This document shows, one piece after another, positions 37,853 through 50,646 of a stretch of DNA of 64,000 nucleotides. How positions within the stretch are numbered: the first letter of the stretch is position 1; the number at the start of each line of letters is the position of its first letter. A program made the translations under genes and the position numbers. The notes under the pieces are model-generated. The model had not been told where the DNA came from. It did not search any database and saw only the letters and a list, made by a program, of their open reading frames with translations. Source of the stretch: Octopus bimaculoides (lineage: Eukaryota); contig NC_068984.1 in NCBI RefSeq assembly GCF_001194135.2, positions 114,241,322-114,305,321 of the forward strand. Direction: 5' to 3'.

Positions 37853-38090
37853 AATATAGGCGATTGAAACTATCGCAGTATATTACTGGTACAGTTCTAT
37901 CTAACTCTACAAACACGGAAAGCAATGAGATATAAAATGTGATAAAAAAAAAAAATTTTTTCAAAGGGTAGAATATAGGCGATTGAAACTATCGCAGTAT
38001 ATTACTGGTACAGTTCTATCTAACTCTACAAACACGGAAAGCAATGAGATATAAAATGTGATTAAAAAAAAATTTTTTTTCAAAGGGTAG
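37853..38090. repeat. 119-bp tandem duplication
   Basis: Units 37853-37971 and 37972-38090 are identical except in the An/Tn tract (GAT A12 T6 versus GATT A9 T8). Confidence 0.95.
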
Positions 38091-38329
38091 AAGGAAGTAG
38101 ACAGCTTCAAACAAATTCGCTACTGGGATCGACTTCGAGAAATGAAAAAAAAAAAATACTGTAGACTTGTGTCAGATTTGAACTAAAAGCCCGACGCATC
38201 AAATTAAATAGATGGGCAGCAGCATAAATCAGTCTGTCCTATTGCATGGTTCTAATAATAATTCATACACTGGCATAAAGTATGAAGGTTATAGGGCGAG
38301 AAGAGAAAATACGTTGTAATAATATCCAT

Positions 38330-38440
38330 ACCTTTCCCAAGGGCATTAACGATGTACATGAAGTCGTTTAAACTGCCAATCGAAACCGGGTCGCGGAGTC
38401 GAAGCGTTGGGAATTTTACCCACTTCACTACCATATGACA
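38330..38440 (-). mobile_element. tRNA-derived SINE head remnant with CpGs retained
   Basis: Minus strand TAGTGAAGTGGGTAAAATTCCC...GACCCGGTTTCGATT (A-box and B-box-like) ... CCCTTGGGAAAGG (CORE-like). Confidence 0.45.
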
Positions 38441-38775
38441 CCCACAGTCACATCACGGCGCCCTTCACAACAACCACACAGTGTTTACTGTATTTGGTTA
38501 AAAGGTACATTTTAGATCAAATAATGCGTAAAAAAAAATGTATCGTTTAAGTAGAACAAAATTATTTTTAAAAAATACCTAATTATTTCAAATATTCAAT
38601 AGATTAATTAGCTTTCTGACAACGAAGCCGAGATAAATTATACAAAGGGAAATAATTGAGATCGATTAGCACAATTATTGCTGATCGGAGTTGTGAAATT
38701 TACTAATTATTATTAATTTCGTTTGTAGAATTAGGCAATTGGTTTTGTTGTAAAATGTGTGTGTGTATATGTGTG

Positions 38776-38807
<32 letters not shown>

Positions 38808-39403
38808 AGAATACGATTTTTTTTTTTCATATTCAAGAATAAACCAATTTTATGAAAAACAAAATCTATAGAAGTTTACACAGAAAGTTAATTAGAAAAC
38901 AAATTGCCTGCGATTTTCCTCGAAATTACTATATGATCGCGAACCACAAGATTTTTTTTTCCTTTTGAAGGGAAATATTTAACGCACTTTATTAGCTATC
39001 TACGTAACGGTTATTTATTTTATTCATTTACTTTTTTTCCTTTCCCCGTTTCAAAACGAAAAATGAACCACTTTCTCCTCTATTTCGGATGCTTTATTTG
39101 TAATTATAACTTTGTTTAAAAAAAAAAACATCGTCGACTGCTTTAAAAACCACTTTAGTGTTGTTACTTCATTCTTTAAATGACGGGGAGGGTGGTGGGG
39201 TATATATAAAAAAAAAACTTTTTAAAGACTAATTTTGTTTTTATTCAGCAGCATTTGGTTTTTTTTCATTTCGTAACTTATCCATAATATCACAGCTCAT
39301 TTTAAGTAACAATCGTAACTGAGCATGGAAAAATGGTTGAGGAAAGTACATTTATTACTTGTGTTACGTAATATATATTATGTGTATTTTTTTTTACTTG
39401 CAG

Positions 39404-39495
39404 AAATATCAGCATCGACAGAAGGAATTAACAATTGTCTCCCTTGCACCATTATTGCGTCGAATTTGAAAAGAAATACAATGCAGGCTAAATGA
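39404..39495 (+). CDS. Candidate terminal exon of the divergent gene (KISASTEGINNCLPCTIIASNLKRNTMQAK*)
   Basis: Strong acceptor tgtgtatttttttttacttgcag|. The phase-1 frame is the longest open frame and matches the exit phase of exon 34856-34937. Stop at 39493-39495, AATAAA at 39502-39507. The joining is inferred. Confidence 0.35.
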
Positions 39496-40917
39496 ATTTA
39501 TAATAAATATCGTGTAATTACAAATTAAAAATTAGGAATTGATTATACTAGGACTAGGCAAGAAAGCTATTTACATAAGGGGAAAATGATAATACAGAGG
39601 TTATTAGTATTAGATCAATGAGCGATTACGTGACGTTTACTTAGTAATGAATGAGAATGCAAATTATATTATTATTTTTTTTTTTTAATAACAAACTGAT
39701 AAAACAAAAGTTAATCTATCAAATTGGAGATATTTACAAAATAGTTCGAGTTTCCGTGTTGAGAGAATGAGGTAAATGAAAATATGAGAGAATAGCTTGT
39801 CGCCAAAATGCTTTTTCAAATCAGAAAATCACTTTTACAGTTGTCATTTTAACGGAAGGTGACGTTTAAAACGTATTGATGAATATTCGTTTTCCAATCA
39901 CTTACATTCACCGTGGAGGTAGTTTGAGACATCGATTCGTGTATGGGTCGTAAGTTTTCATACCTCGTAATAAACGTGTGCAGTCGTAAATCTAGCTAAC
40001 TCAACCGTACAGATTTCGATATAATGATCTCAAGTGTACAGGTAATCACGACGAGACATTCATCAATATTTAGTCGTTAGATATTAGCAACATAAACTTT
40101 CATCATCGTCGTTTTAACGTCCACTTATACACTTGCATGGGTCGGACGGAATTTGTAGAGGCAGATTTTCTATAGCCGGATGCTCTTCCTATCGCCAAAC
40201 CTCATGTTACTAAGTAAGATAATATTCCCCATACCAAAAACGTTTTCCATGGAAAACTGGAAACTAAGAACGCCACTTCTGTCTGACATTCGTTTAAAAC
40301 TATCACATGAAGTCAAGGTAAGGAGACAATAACACACACACACACACGCTTAAAATATATATAAGATAGACTTCTTTGAGATTCCATCTATGAAATCCAC
40401 TATCAAGGCTTTACTTTGGTTGGTCTGGAGCTATAGTAGAAGACACTTGTCTGAGGTGCCACACAGTGAAACTGAATCTGAGACCATGTGGGTGTGCACA
40501 GCCATGCCTGTGCATTTTTGCTTGTAAAAAAAGATCAGACCTGTAAACCATCTAAATATAGGTCTCTAAATCAAAATTGAATTTGTAATTGAAAAAGAAA
40601 ATTTTAAAAGAATGAATGTTGTTCCTTAGTTTTGAGCAGATAAAAGCAAAACACGTAATTTTGCTATCAGAAAATTTAGATCACTAAAATAAAATCACCA
40701 AAAAAATCTTGCTCCAATTATTCTCAGTCTAAATATCACACTAAATCCATGAAACCCAAACATAGATAATGTAAACAAGTCCTGCAGACTGCAATAGTTA
40801 AAATTTATTCTTTCTCTGCAACCCAGTGGTTGGGGACTTCTACACTAAATCTTACTGCTTCAAATGGCAGTCATATATAAAATGCCTTTCAACTTTGAAA
40901 AACAAGTGTAGGATGTA

Positions 40918-42232
40918 TTGGGTCATCCCATAAACAATGCGTTTTTTTTATACTTCTTTTATTTTTCAAAAGCTCTCCTTCATTTTCTACAACGCTCTTC
41001 CATCTATCTGGTAGAATTGCAAAGCCTGTCTTCCAAAATTCATTTGTCCATGACGAAAAATACCCCTCCAGTACTGTTCTGAACTTGTCTACAGAATTCA
41101 TATTTTTTTCCCTCCAAATGATTTTGAAGACTGCGGAATAAATGATAATCAGATAGGGCAATATCCAGCCTTTGAAATGTTATCCTCGCTGTATGTGGCT
41201 GAGCATTATCCTGATGGAAGAACACTTTTTGTCTTGAAACCAAAGATGGTCTTCAAGTGCTGACTTAAGCCACTCAAGCTGCTCACAGTGGATCTCCTTT
41301 GTTATCATTGGGTTTCGGTTTAAAAGTTCAAAGTGGACTAAACCTTTCATATCCCACCAAACAGATAAAAACACCTTACGTGAGTGAAGACCTTTAGCCC
41401 GGAGTACAAGTATTCTCCTTTCCCTACCCACTGTCTTCGGCACTTTAGAGAAGCCATTTCTCGTCACCAGTCACTATTTGGTCCAAAAAAAGGTTCATTC
41501 TTGAAACGTGACAACAAAGAAGAGCACACATTCATTTTCTGTGCATGATTAGACTCGGTAAGTTTGTGAGGAATCCACTGACCCAATTTGCTGACTTTTC
41601 CAATGGCATGCAGTTGTTGATGAATGGTTGAATGACCAAATCCAAGCTTCTCTGCTAGTTCCTCAGCAGTCACGATGGGATTTTGTTCCACCAGGGTTTG
41701 CAGGGCATCCTCGTCAGGCTCTGCAGATCTTCCAGGGCAAGGCTCACCATCTAGGCTGTAGTTTTCAGCTTAAAATTTCTGGAACCACCATTGACACTGG
41801 CTTACGCTTACTGTCCGATCCTCATATACTGCATTGATATTCCTTACACTTTCCATTGCATTGTTGTCTTTATTGAACTCATAAAGCAAAATATGCAGAA
41901 TATGCTCTTTTGTCACTTTCACTATAGCTTTGAAAGAATAACTGTTCAAATCGAACTGCACTCTTCAAAACTTTCATTCTGTTGTGTTATTGCCTATATT
42001 GAACTCGTAAAGCAAAATATGTCGAATCTGCTCCTTTGTCACTTCCCTTATAGCTTTGAAAAAATAACTGTTAAAATCGAACTGCACTCTTCAAAACTTG
42101 CACTAAGAATAAATACAAGGTAAACTTACTACCTGCTTTTTATAGTAAGTTGATGCAGGTAGTTTATCCTGTCCCCCTCCAACTTTTTGTTCATGTAATT
42201 GAAAAAACTGCATTATTTATGGGATGACCCAG
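40918..42232 (-). mobile_element. Full-length but dead mariner (Mos1-like) element, 1315 bp
   Basis: TIRs TTGGGTCATCCCATAAACAATGC and CATTATTTATGGGATGACCCAG with TA on both flanks (40916-17, 42233-34). Frameshifted transposase pieces: HILLYEFNK..WFQKF, LGQWIPHKL, HFELL, FHQDNAQPH, DIALSDYHLF. The segment normally ending in YSPDL is deleted. Confidence 0.95.
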
Positions 42233-42479
42233 TACTTAAATCCACAGCCCGTCACTCATTTACAAATGTGTATGGCCATCCATATATACAGGCATGTCCA
42301 TGACAACCCCCACTTCCCCTCACACATAACTCTGTCCTTTGGCAAAACTCATCCACAACATCTCCCTAAAACCTCCACCACTTCTCTGCAGGTTCCTCGG
42401 GTTTCCTCTCAACATCACTTACTATCTAAAATCTACCTTCACACTCTTATGATACATCTCTACCCTCTCTGAGCTACTT

Positions 42480-42890
42480 CACTGTTCCCTGTGGGTAGGT
42501 CCTCTCACTATCTATCTTTTTCTCTCTCTCTCCCATCTCCATCTACATCCTCGTCCTACTGGGGTAGCCAAGTATCACCTCTATAGTAAGACAGCTATTC
42601 CTAACCTGTCATACTCCAATCTCTTGCTCTCTCAGTTGAGATGTCCTTGTCTTGCAAGTCACTTGGCTACCTTGCAGCTATTAGTGCTATGTAAAAAGCA
42701 CCCATGCCAACACCATGTAAAGAGCTTCTAGTACACTCTGTAAATGGGTTGGTGTTAGGAAAGGCATCCAGCCACAGAAACCATTCCGAAACAGACAACT
42801 GGTGCACACACACACACCACTTGCAAACCCCTGTCAAATCGTCCAACCCATGCCAGCATGGAGAATGGCTGCTGAAGGATGATGATTCAC
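42480..42890 (+). mobile_element. Older long family-A-related retroelement (pyrimidine-rich 5' part, GGAAAGGCATCC domain, RTE tail)
   Basis: CTTGCAAGTCACTTGG...AAAGCACCC...GGTGTTAGGAAAGGCATCCAGC...TCGTCCAACCCATGCCAGCATGG. Similar copies at ~22860-23390, 44700-45330 and 52240-52455, and on minus at ~480-780. Confidence 0.65.
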
Positions 42891-44910
42891 AAGTATATAT
42901 GTCTGTATGTTTATAAAAAAAAATTGTTGCTTTATCAGGTGGGACAGGTCATTTTGCAGCATTAGAGAATAGATGGAATAACTTTTGATCAAGAACGAAA
43001 GCAATTTAAAACGTTAAAAATTTCTATTCAAAACTCTTCATTGAACATAATTCTTTACAATTAATCCTATTTCTTTACAACAGAAGCCAGTCAAGAAAGT
43101 ATTGAAGTTCAACACCACTACATGTAATGATGATAAAAATCATTGCAGGGCCTAAGTTGACAGCAATCAAGAAGTTCCAGCCAGCATCATCCCATCTTTT
43201 GTATATCTAATACAACATTGTCCATTGAGTCCTATTTTTTTTAAGGAAAGTAGAACATGGTTTGAGAGGGATGTGGTTTGCTCTAATCAAGCAGACTTAA
43301 GCTTAAAAGCATTCTGTGATTATGTCATCTTTTTCCAATCCTCCTTGGATCACATTATCCAACATATCATTTTCTGAGATGATAGGGTATGATATGAACT
43401 AGATTTTGTTGCTCTATCTATTAAGTCATGACCAAAGAGACATACTGTTGTTGAAGTATTGCAAGAGACTGCCAAGTAAAAATCATGAATAGAATATAAA
43501 AATAACTTGCTAATGAATCGATCCACAATGCACATTATCTTCTATTTTAACAAATTAAGTCCTTATATAACGTAGATAGTGAAAAGGCAAACCAAACTTG
43601 CTGAGCAAGATAACATGAAATTATAACATGGTCACATTGTCATCAAATAATAAAAGAACCAAGCAGTTTCCTATATTGTTAAGACATACTTGTATTTCAT
43701 ATGAAAATTTTTTTCTTTATTGCCCACAGGGGGCTAAACATAGAGGAAACAAACAAAGACAGACAAATGGGATTAGAAAATGCACATGACCCAGTGGTTA
43801 GGTAACTAGGCTCTTGATAATAAGGTAATGGATTCAATACTTGGCCCAGGTGGATCATCGTGTCCTTGAGCAAGATATTTCACATTACTCCCAATCCTCC
43901 CAGTAGGCAAAAATGGACATTAACACTGGTAGAGCATCTGGCTAGTGTCAAGTTAGCTGATTTGGTGATATGACTAAAAACCCTCGGCCGTGAAAGGTGG
44001 CTACGTCCAGCAGTTGACAGCTATATCCTATCTTTACCCTGTTACTTATACTCATTTTACAGCTAAAATTTTCAAATTTGGACATTTGTATATCGTTAGA
44101 ACTAACCACTGAACTATGAAGTAAAAGGAGCAGTAAGGCAAGCCGAGTTGAACTATTGTGCCCCGGGGACACAATACGATTGTTGCAGTAGCACCGTTGG
44201 GATTTATTACATGATCTGTCATCCCCAACTCTATCCTTTTACCACTTCCCTCTTACACCCTCATAAACTTACCTACCCACTAACCCTGTCTGTTCTCTGT
44301 TCCACTTCTCTCTCATATTCACCTTCTTGTACCTTGAGGGTGACATCTAACCACTACCATCTTTTCTCCTTTTCTCTTTCTAGTTGGTGGAGCCATGCAT
44401 CTCCTCAACAGCAAGATACCTGTTCCTCTCCCTCTATCTCAGTGGGAATTCACAATAGTATTTTAAGGGCAGGGCCCCTAAAAATATTTTGCTTAAGATG
44501 TATGTATTGCAGGAAGCAGCTAGGTTTCTTTCTCTTAACATTTTATGGTTCAACCTACACAAATTAACGTGTGAAAACAATAAATAACATTCTATGAAAC
44601 TAGTTTTTAAACATCGAATGGCAATGGGGGGGGTCCATCGGAATAAAATGGTTGAGGACCCCTACTCTATCTTATTTTAATCTCTTTTTACATGGCATAA
44701 ATCCACCACCTCTAATACTACAGCCCCACTCAGTTGAAGGGTTCTTGTCTTAAGAGTCACTTGATGTCATGGAAAAACACTCAATACATGCTGTAAAGTA
44801 ATTGGTATTAGGAAGGGCTTCAAGCTGTAGAAAACCATGCCAAAACAGGCATTCAAGCTCAACACAGTCCTCCAACTTGCAGACACCCATCCAACACATG
44901 CCAGCATGGA

Positions 44911-45295
44911 GTTGTTGGCACTCCGTCGCTTACGACGTCAAGGGTTCCAGTTGATCCGATCAATGGAACAGCCTGCTCGTGAAATTAACGTGCAAGTGGC
45001 TGAGCACTCCACAGACACGTGTACCCTTAACGTAGTTCTTGGGGATATTCAGCGTGACACAGTATGACAAGGCTGACCCTTTGAATTACAGGCACTACAG
45101 AAACAGGATGTAAGAGTGAGAGAAAGTTGTGGTGAAAGGGTACAGCAGGGTTCACCACCATCTCCTGCCAGAGCCTCGTGGAGCTTTTAGGTGTTTTTGC
45201 TCAATAAACACTCACAGCGCCCGGTCTGGGAATCAAAACCGCAATCCTATGACCGCGAGTTCGCTTCCCTAACCACTGGGCCATTGCGCCTCCAC
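44911..45295 (-). mobile_element. Young tRNA-derived SINE family C nested in an older SINE tail, 12-bp TSD
   Basis: Head TGGCCCAGTGGTTAG (A box) and GGTTTTGATTCCC (B box), (CAA)n tail. TSD TGCCAGCATGGA at 44899-44910 and 45296-45307. Confidence 0.92.
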
Positions 45296-48263
45296 TGCCA
45301 GCATGGAAAACAGAGGCTAAATGATGATGATGCCTTAAATTTGCAGCCTTTGTGCCAAAATAGTTAGACAAGAAAATTTTTTCAAAAAATGGTTATTTTT
45401 GACTCTGTAAAGGACCAAATGTGAAGGTGAGAGGTAAGAATAGTAATTGTGAATGGAATGGAGTGGCTTCACTTTTTTTCTCCACCAAATTCCAAAGAAT
45501 TGAAAAACAAAAGCAACTATGCTATGATGCACCAAATTAAATACTGTAAAGCATTTAAGTAAGCTATATCTACCATGTCTATGATTTCCATTCAGAGAAA
45601 AATTAATAAGATTTTGAAAACAGAGATAAGGACATTGCAGATAAAAGTGTTGGTTTTCTAGGTACTGTATAAGTGGGTCACAGTTTCAAACTGAGATGCA
45701 GGAACTGCAGTATGCACCAATTTTAGTTCACAATTACAGAAAACATCCACAAAGCATTAAAAATGACTGCTTTGCTCAATGTCCCTTATTTGAAAGCAGT
45801 AAAGTGTAATTTGAGGGAAATTTAGCTGCTCAGTGTAAAGGTTTGACTATTAACTCAATTAATGTAATGATCAAGGTGGAGTGTAAATAAACTAGCTTCC
45901 TTTTTATTAAGAAATTATCTAGAGAATTCATATAAGAGATCAAACATCTACTCTTAATAGTTCTGTGGTTGGCAATAGAAAAAAACAATAACATTTATTC
46001 CATCAATATACAAATACCTAAATTTGAAAATGTTAGTCCATCCACGTCAACAGAGATGAGTATACAAGAATGGGATGCTGAATGGAATATCTATAAGATA
46101 ACAAATGCTATATTCCTGTATGGGAATAACACATTTCACACTTAAAATAGGATTCTGATTCTTTAACTCTTTCAGGTTCAAGGTACTTGTGAAATATTGA
46201 TGAACCTCATTGCCTGCCAAAAAACTTGTAGCCTTTTGTCTGTTAGAAGTCATTAAAATCTCTGTAAGAATGGAACATTAAGAAACCATAATCAGCTGAT
46301 AGGTTAACTGGTCAAAGAAATCTGTGACAATTTCATATGCAATTTGTCCAGTTAGGCTTCCCATCCATGTGGTTTTAGGTTCACACACACTGCATGGCAC
46401 CTTAGACAAGTATCTTCTTACACAGCTTCAAATAAGGAAATAGTAGACAGACACTTAAAGCCTAGTAAAAAGTTTGCTTTTCAATCACAGGGTTCCTTGG
46501 GCAAATGTCTTCTAGTATAGATCAGGGCTAGCCAAAGCTTTCTGAGCGGTTTTGGTCAACAGAAACTGAAAGCCCATCATGTATACACATGGTACTTGGG
46601 CAAATGTCTTTAATGCCCTGGGTCAACCAAATCCTTGTGAGTGGATTTAGTAGATGGAAAGAAGCCTGTTATGTGTACATGTATGCAATGTGTGTTTGTG
46701 TCTCTTTCTCTTGACGTCACACAAGGAGTGTCATTTGTTTCCAATATTCTGCAAGAACATGCCTGGCCATGAGGAAAATACTATCTTGCTTGAAAACAAA
46801 AGGGGTTTGCAACAGGAAGGGCATTCAAATGTAGAAAAAGTTTGCCTCACTAAGCTCCATCTAACCCATGCAAACATGGAAAAGTAGACTTTAAAATTGT
46901 GCATATGTCTGGATATGTCCTTAGTTTCCCATCTTCCATGAGGAAATTACAATTACATGGAAATAGATAAGAGTTGGCAACAGGAAAAGCATCCAGTTGT
47001 AAAAAAAATCTGCATCAATGAATAAGTACCAGTTGAACACTGGGGTTGATATAACTGACTTAACCCTCCCCCCGAAATTGCTGGCCTTGTGCCAACATTT
47101 GAAATCACTATTACTAAATACATTGATGCAAGAACAGTTATGTGGTTATCATATTTGTTTCACAACCACATCCTTCAGGTTCAATCCTATGGTTTTGCAC
47201 TGTGAAAGGGTCTTATAAAGTTCGCCATAGCCTCAAGAGGAGCAATTCTCTCAGTGGATTTTAGTACACAGAAACTATGAAGAAGCCTATTATGTGGGTG
47301 TGTGCATACAGATAGATTGGTGTAGACGTGTATATAGTTTATATCATGTCCGGTAAATTCACCATCATCAATTCATTGTCTTTTTATCTTTCAATAAAAT
47401 AGTTTTTAACTATTAATGGTGAGATACTATGGATATTTTTTTCTTGGTAAATTTTCTTCATGGTGAATTGATGGCAAGTGAACTTACCTGTAATCAGTTT
47501 GTGTGTGTATGTGACAACACTGCTTGTTAAAACGAGGCCTGTGTTAAAATGGTACCATTGCCATGCAATAAAATAACCAAGTATTGGGATCACTGTAATC
47601 AACTAAACAAAAACCCTGAAGGTGGTACTGCAACATGGCCACAGACCAATGACGGAGAACAGTCAAAAAAATATAAGGAAATGGCTTCTGGTTCAGTCCC
47701 ACTGTGTAGCACCTTTGGTAAGTCCATTTCACTTTAGCCTTGGGCAGACCAAAAAATTATGAATGAATTTGGTAGATGGAAACTGAAAGAAACACATATA
47801 TGCATGTGCGTGTGTGTGTTTTTGTCTTGATATCATGTGATAGCTGTAGGGTGTCACTATCATACAAGCAGTGTCATTCATTTCCAGTCTTCTATAAAAA
47901 TATGACCAGCTAGGGCCTTACTCAGAAATAGATGAGGGTTGGCAACAAGAAGGGCATCCAGCTATAAAGAATCTGCCTGAACATATTCTATCTGACCCAT
48001 ATAAGTATGGAAAAAGACACATTAAACCAGCTATATCCTGCCAAAATATTCTAACTTTTTTTTTATTTTCAAACTGGCCAGATCCAGCCAGTCTCACATT
48101 TACCCTACAATGTTATTCTAGAAACAAACAATCTCATCATTGAAATTTCAAAGCTACAAAGTAATGCACAACTAATGCAAAACAATGTGAATGAACAAGC
48201 ATTATATTTTAAGGAAATCTGAATGCTAAAAGGTTAAAACAATGATATTCAATGTTTGAAAGA

Positions 48264-48307
<44 letters not shown>

Positions 48308-48356
48308 AAAAACAATGAAAATATCTGTAATTGAAGCAACAAATGTGAACTGACAA

Positions 48357-48443
48357 TAGCCATCCGGTTGCACCAGTCCTCAGTCAAATCGTCCAACCCA
48401 TGCTAGCATGGAAAGCGGACGTTAAACGATGATGATGATGATA
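48357..48443 (+). mobile_element. Short 5'-truncated young family A SINE
   Basis: CATCCGGTTGCACCAGTCCTCAGTCAAATCGTCCAACCCATGCTAGCATGGAAAGCGGACGTTAAACGATGATG, near-identical to ~19370-19450. Confidence 0.9.
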
Positions 48444-48628
48444 TACATATACTGTTCATTCATTGTACATCTGTTTTTCAAAGCTAACATGGGTTGGACA
48501 AATATGCATTTACGTATGGTTTTGTTTTTACAGCCAGATGCCTTTCCTGTTGCTAACCCATAACTGTTATTTTAATCAATGGATTCCACTAATCTTCAAA
48601 AGCATAGTGCTGCAGGATGGTTTGTTTT

Positions 48629-48660
<32 letters not shown>

Positions 48661-48810
48661 TTATCTTTTACTTACTTCAATCATTAAAATGTAGTCATGG
48701 TGAGGCACTACCTGAATTTTTAGTCGAATGAATCAACCCCAGTACTTATTTTTCTTATAAGCCTGGTGCTTATTCTATCCAAGCAGTGGTGATGAGGAAA
48801 AACAAAGATA

Positions 48811-48870
<60 letters not shown>

Positions 48871-49009
48871 ACATGACAGGCTTCTTTCAGTTTCCATCTA
48901 CCAAATCGTCTCACAATTTGGTCAACCTGATGTTATAGAAGACACTTACTCCAGGTACCTCATAGTGGGATTGAACCGAGGACCATGTGGTTGGGAAGCA
49001 AGCTTCTTA

Positions 49010-49234
49010 TTTCTTTATTGCCCACAAGGGGCTAAACATAGAGTGGACAAACAAGGACAGACAAAGGGATTAAGTCGATTACATCGACCCCAGTGCGTAA
49101 CTGGTACTTAATTTATCGACCCCCCGAAAGGATGAAAGGCAAAGTCGACCTCGGCAGAATTTGAACTCAGAACGTAACGGCATACGAAATACCGCTAAGC
49201 ATTTTGCCTGGCGTGCTGACGTTTCTGCCAGCTC
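49010..49234 (-). mobile_element. Young SINE family E nested in a CORE-SINE head, up to 12-bp TSD
   Basis: TSD GCAAGCTTCTTA at 48998-49009 and 49235-49246; central GTCGACTTTGCCTTTCATCCTTTCGGGGGTCGATAAA; CpGs intact. A tail-only copy lies at ~43715-43775 and older copies at ~21360-21530 and 26440-26620. Confidence 0.9.
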
Positions 49235-50646
49235 GCAAGCTTCTTACCATACAGCCATGCCTGAACCTATATACACATATATATACACACCATAGGAAAT
49301 AGCTGTATAAATATAAGCCAACAAAAAATAAAATCTTTGAAGACACCTTACTCTCTTAAATGAGGAAGAATACATTGGATAATGTGATCCTGGATGCACT
49401 ATGACTGAATAAAAGATGGGATAGTCATAGCTGGAACACCTTTGATTCTAAACTATTCAATTAGAGCTTGAGTTGGTGAGAGTGGGGAAATTTTACAATA
49501 CCTTGAATGACCACAAGGAAATGTCAGACAAGTATCTCGGCGTTTCAGGTAACTGAAGGATGCCGTAATAATTTCAGCTTATTAAAGTACAAACATCACA
49601 GGATACAATATCCATCCACAACATTGATCAGACAACTATTACTAATGGATTCAGAGAAAATAAAATTTTGTGAAATCACAAATGTAAAATAGTCAAAAGT
49701 AGCAAACAAGCTCTACAGTCAAAATGAGACGCTCTTTTACTTGAGTAGCATCACTTTAAAAGAACATGCTAGAACATGTTGAAATTCTGAGTACCAGTGA
49801 TCATAGACATTATTTTATATCTATGTTTCTAAAATTGGGACAGTTGAATATTTATGTCACTAGTCACAAGTTGTCTAAACCCTTTAGCATTCAGATTACT
49901 TTGTCAAATGTAATGCTTTATATATTCATGTTTTAGATTAATCATGTATTATCTTGTAGCTTTGAGATTTCAATGATGTGATTGTCATTTCTAAATTGAC
50001 ATTGTAAGGTGGGTGTGAGAAGCTGGATCTGGCCAGTTTGAACATAAAATAAGTAGAATATTTGAGCCAGTTTAAATGCTAAAGCATTAAGCTGAATGAC
50101 CCCCACTCCATTATTAACTAATGAAATTCTTTGTTTTTGTTCATTTTTGTACTTGTTTTTTTTTTCCATGCCAGCATGGGTTAGACAACTATATAATTGA
50201 GATAATGTTTTATAGTTGAATACCCTTAACTGTTTTTTGAATAAGGGATTTCACTGCAATGGCAGTGAATGATCTGTTGACAGGAGAAATGACAGCAACA
50301 TTACTGCTTGTAGCTTGTGATTTTTGGAGAAATACAAATGTAAACTAACACACACGCATATACATATCATCAATTAACATCCACTTTTCCATGTTTGCAT
50401 GGATCAGATGGAATTTGCTGGGGTAGATATTTTCCATAGCCAGATACACATCTTGTCACCAACCCTCACTTATTTCCAAGCAAGGTAATATTTTCCCCAA
50501 GGCCAGAAGTGCTTTTCACAGTAACTGGAAACAACATTGCTTGTACGACAGTGATGTTCATTTACATCAATCACATGTCAAGACAAGCATACATACATAA
50601 ATACACAGATATAGATGTGTTTTTGTATGTGTATATATAAATATAT

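Noticed and set aside
44837-45067. Shared peptide LALRRLRRQGFQLIRS (also 50808-51014)
   Set aside because: It is the antisense translation of the family C SINE.
45240-45295. tRNA-like A/B-box sequences (also ~50650 and ~43790)
   Set aside because: They are SINE heads continuing into SINE bodies; no complete cloverleaf tRNA gene is seen in the window.
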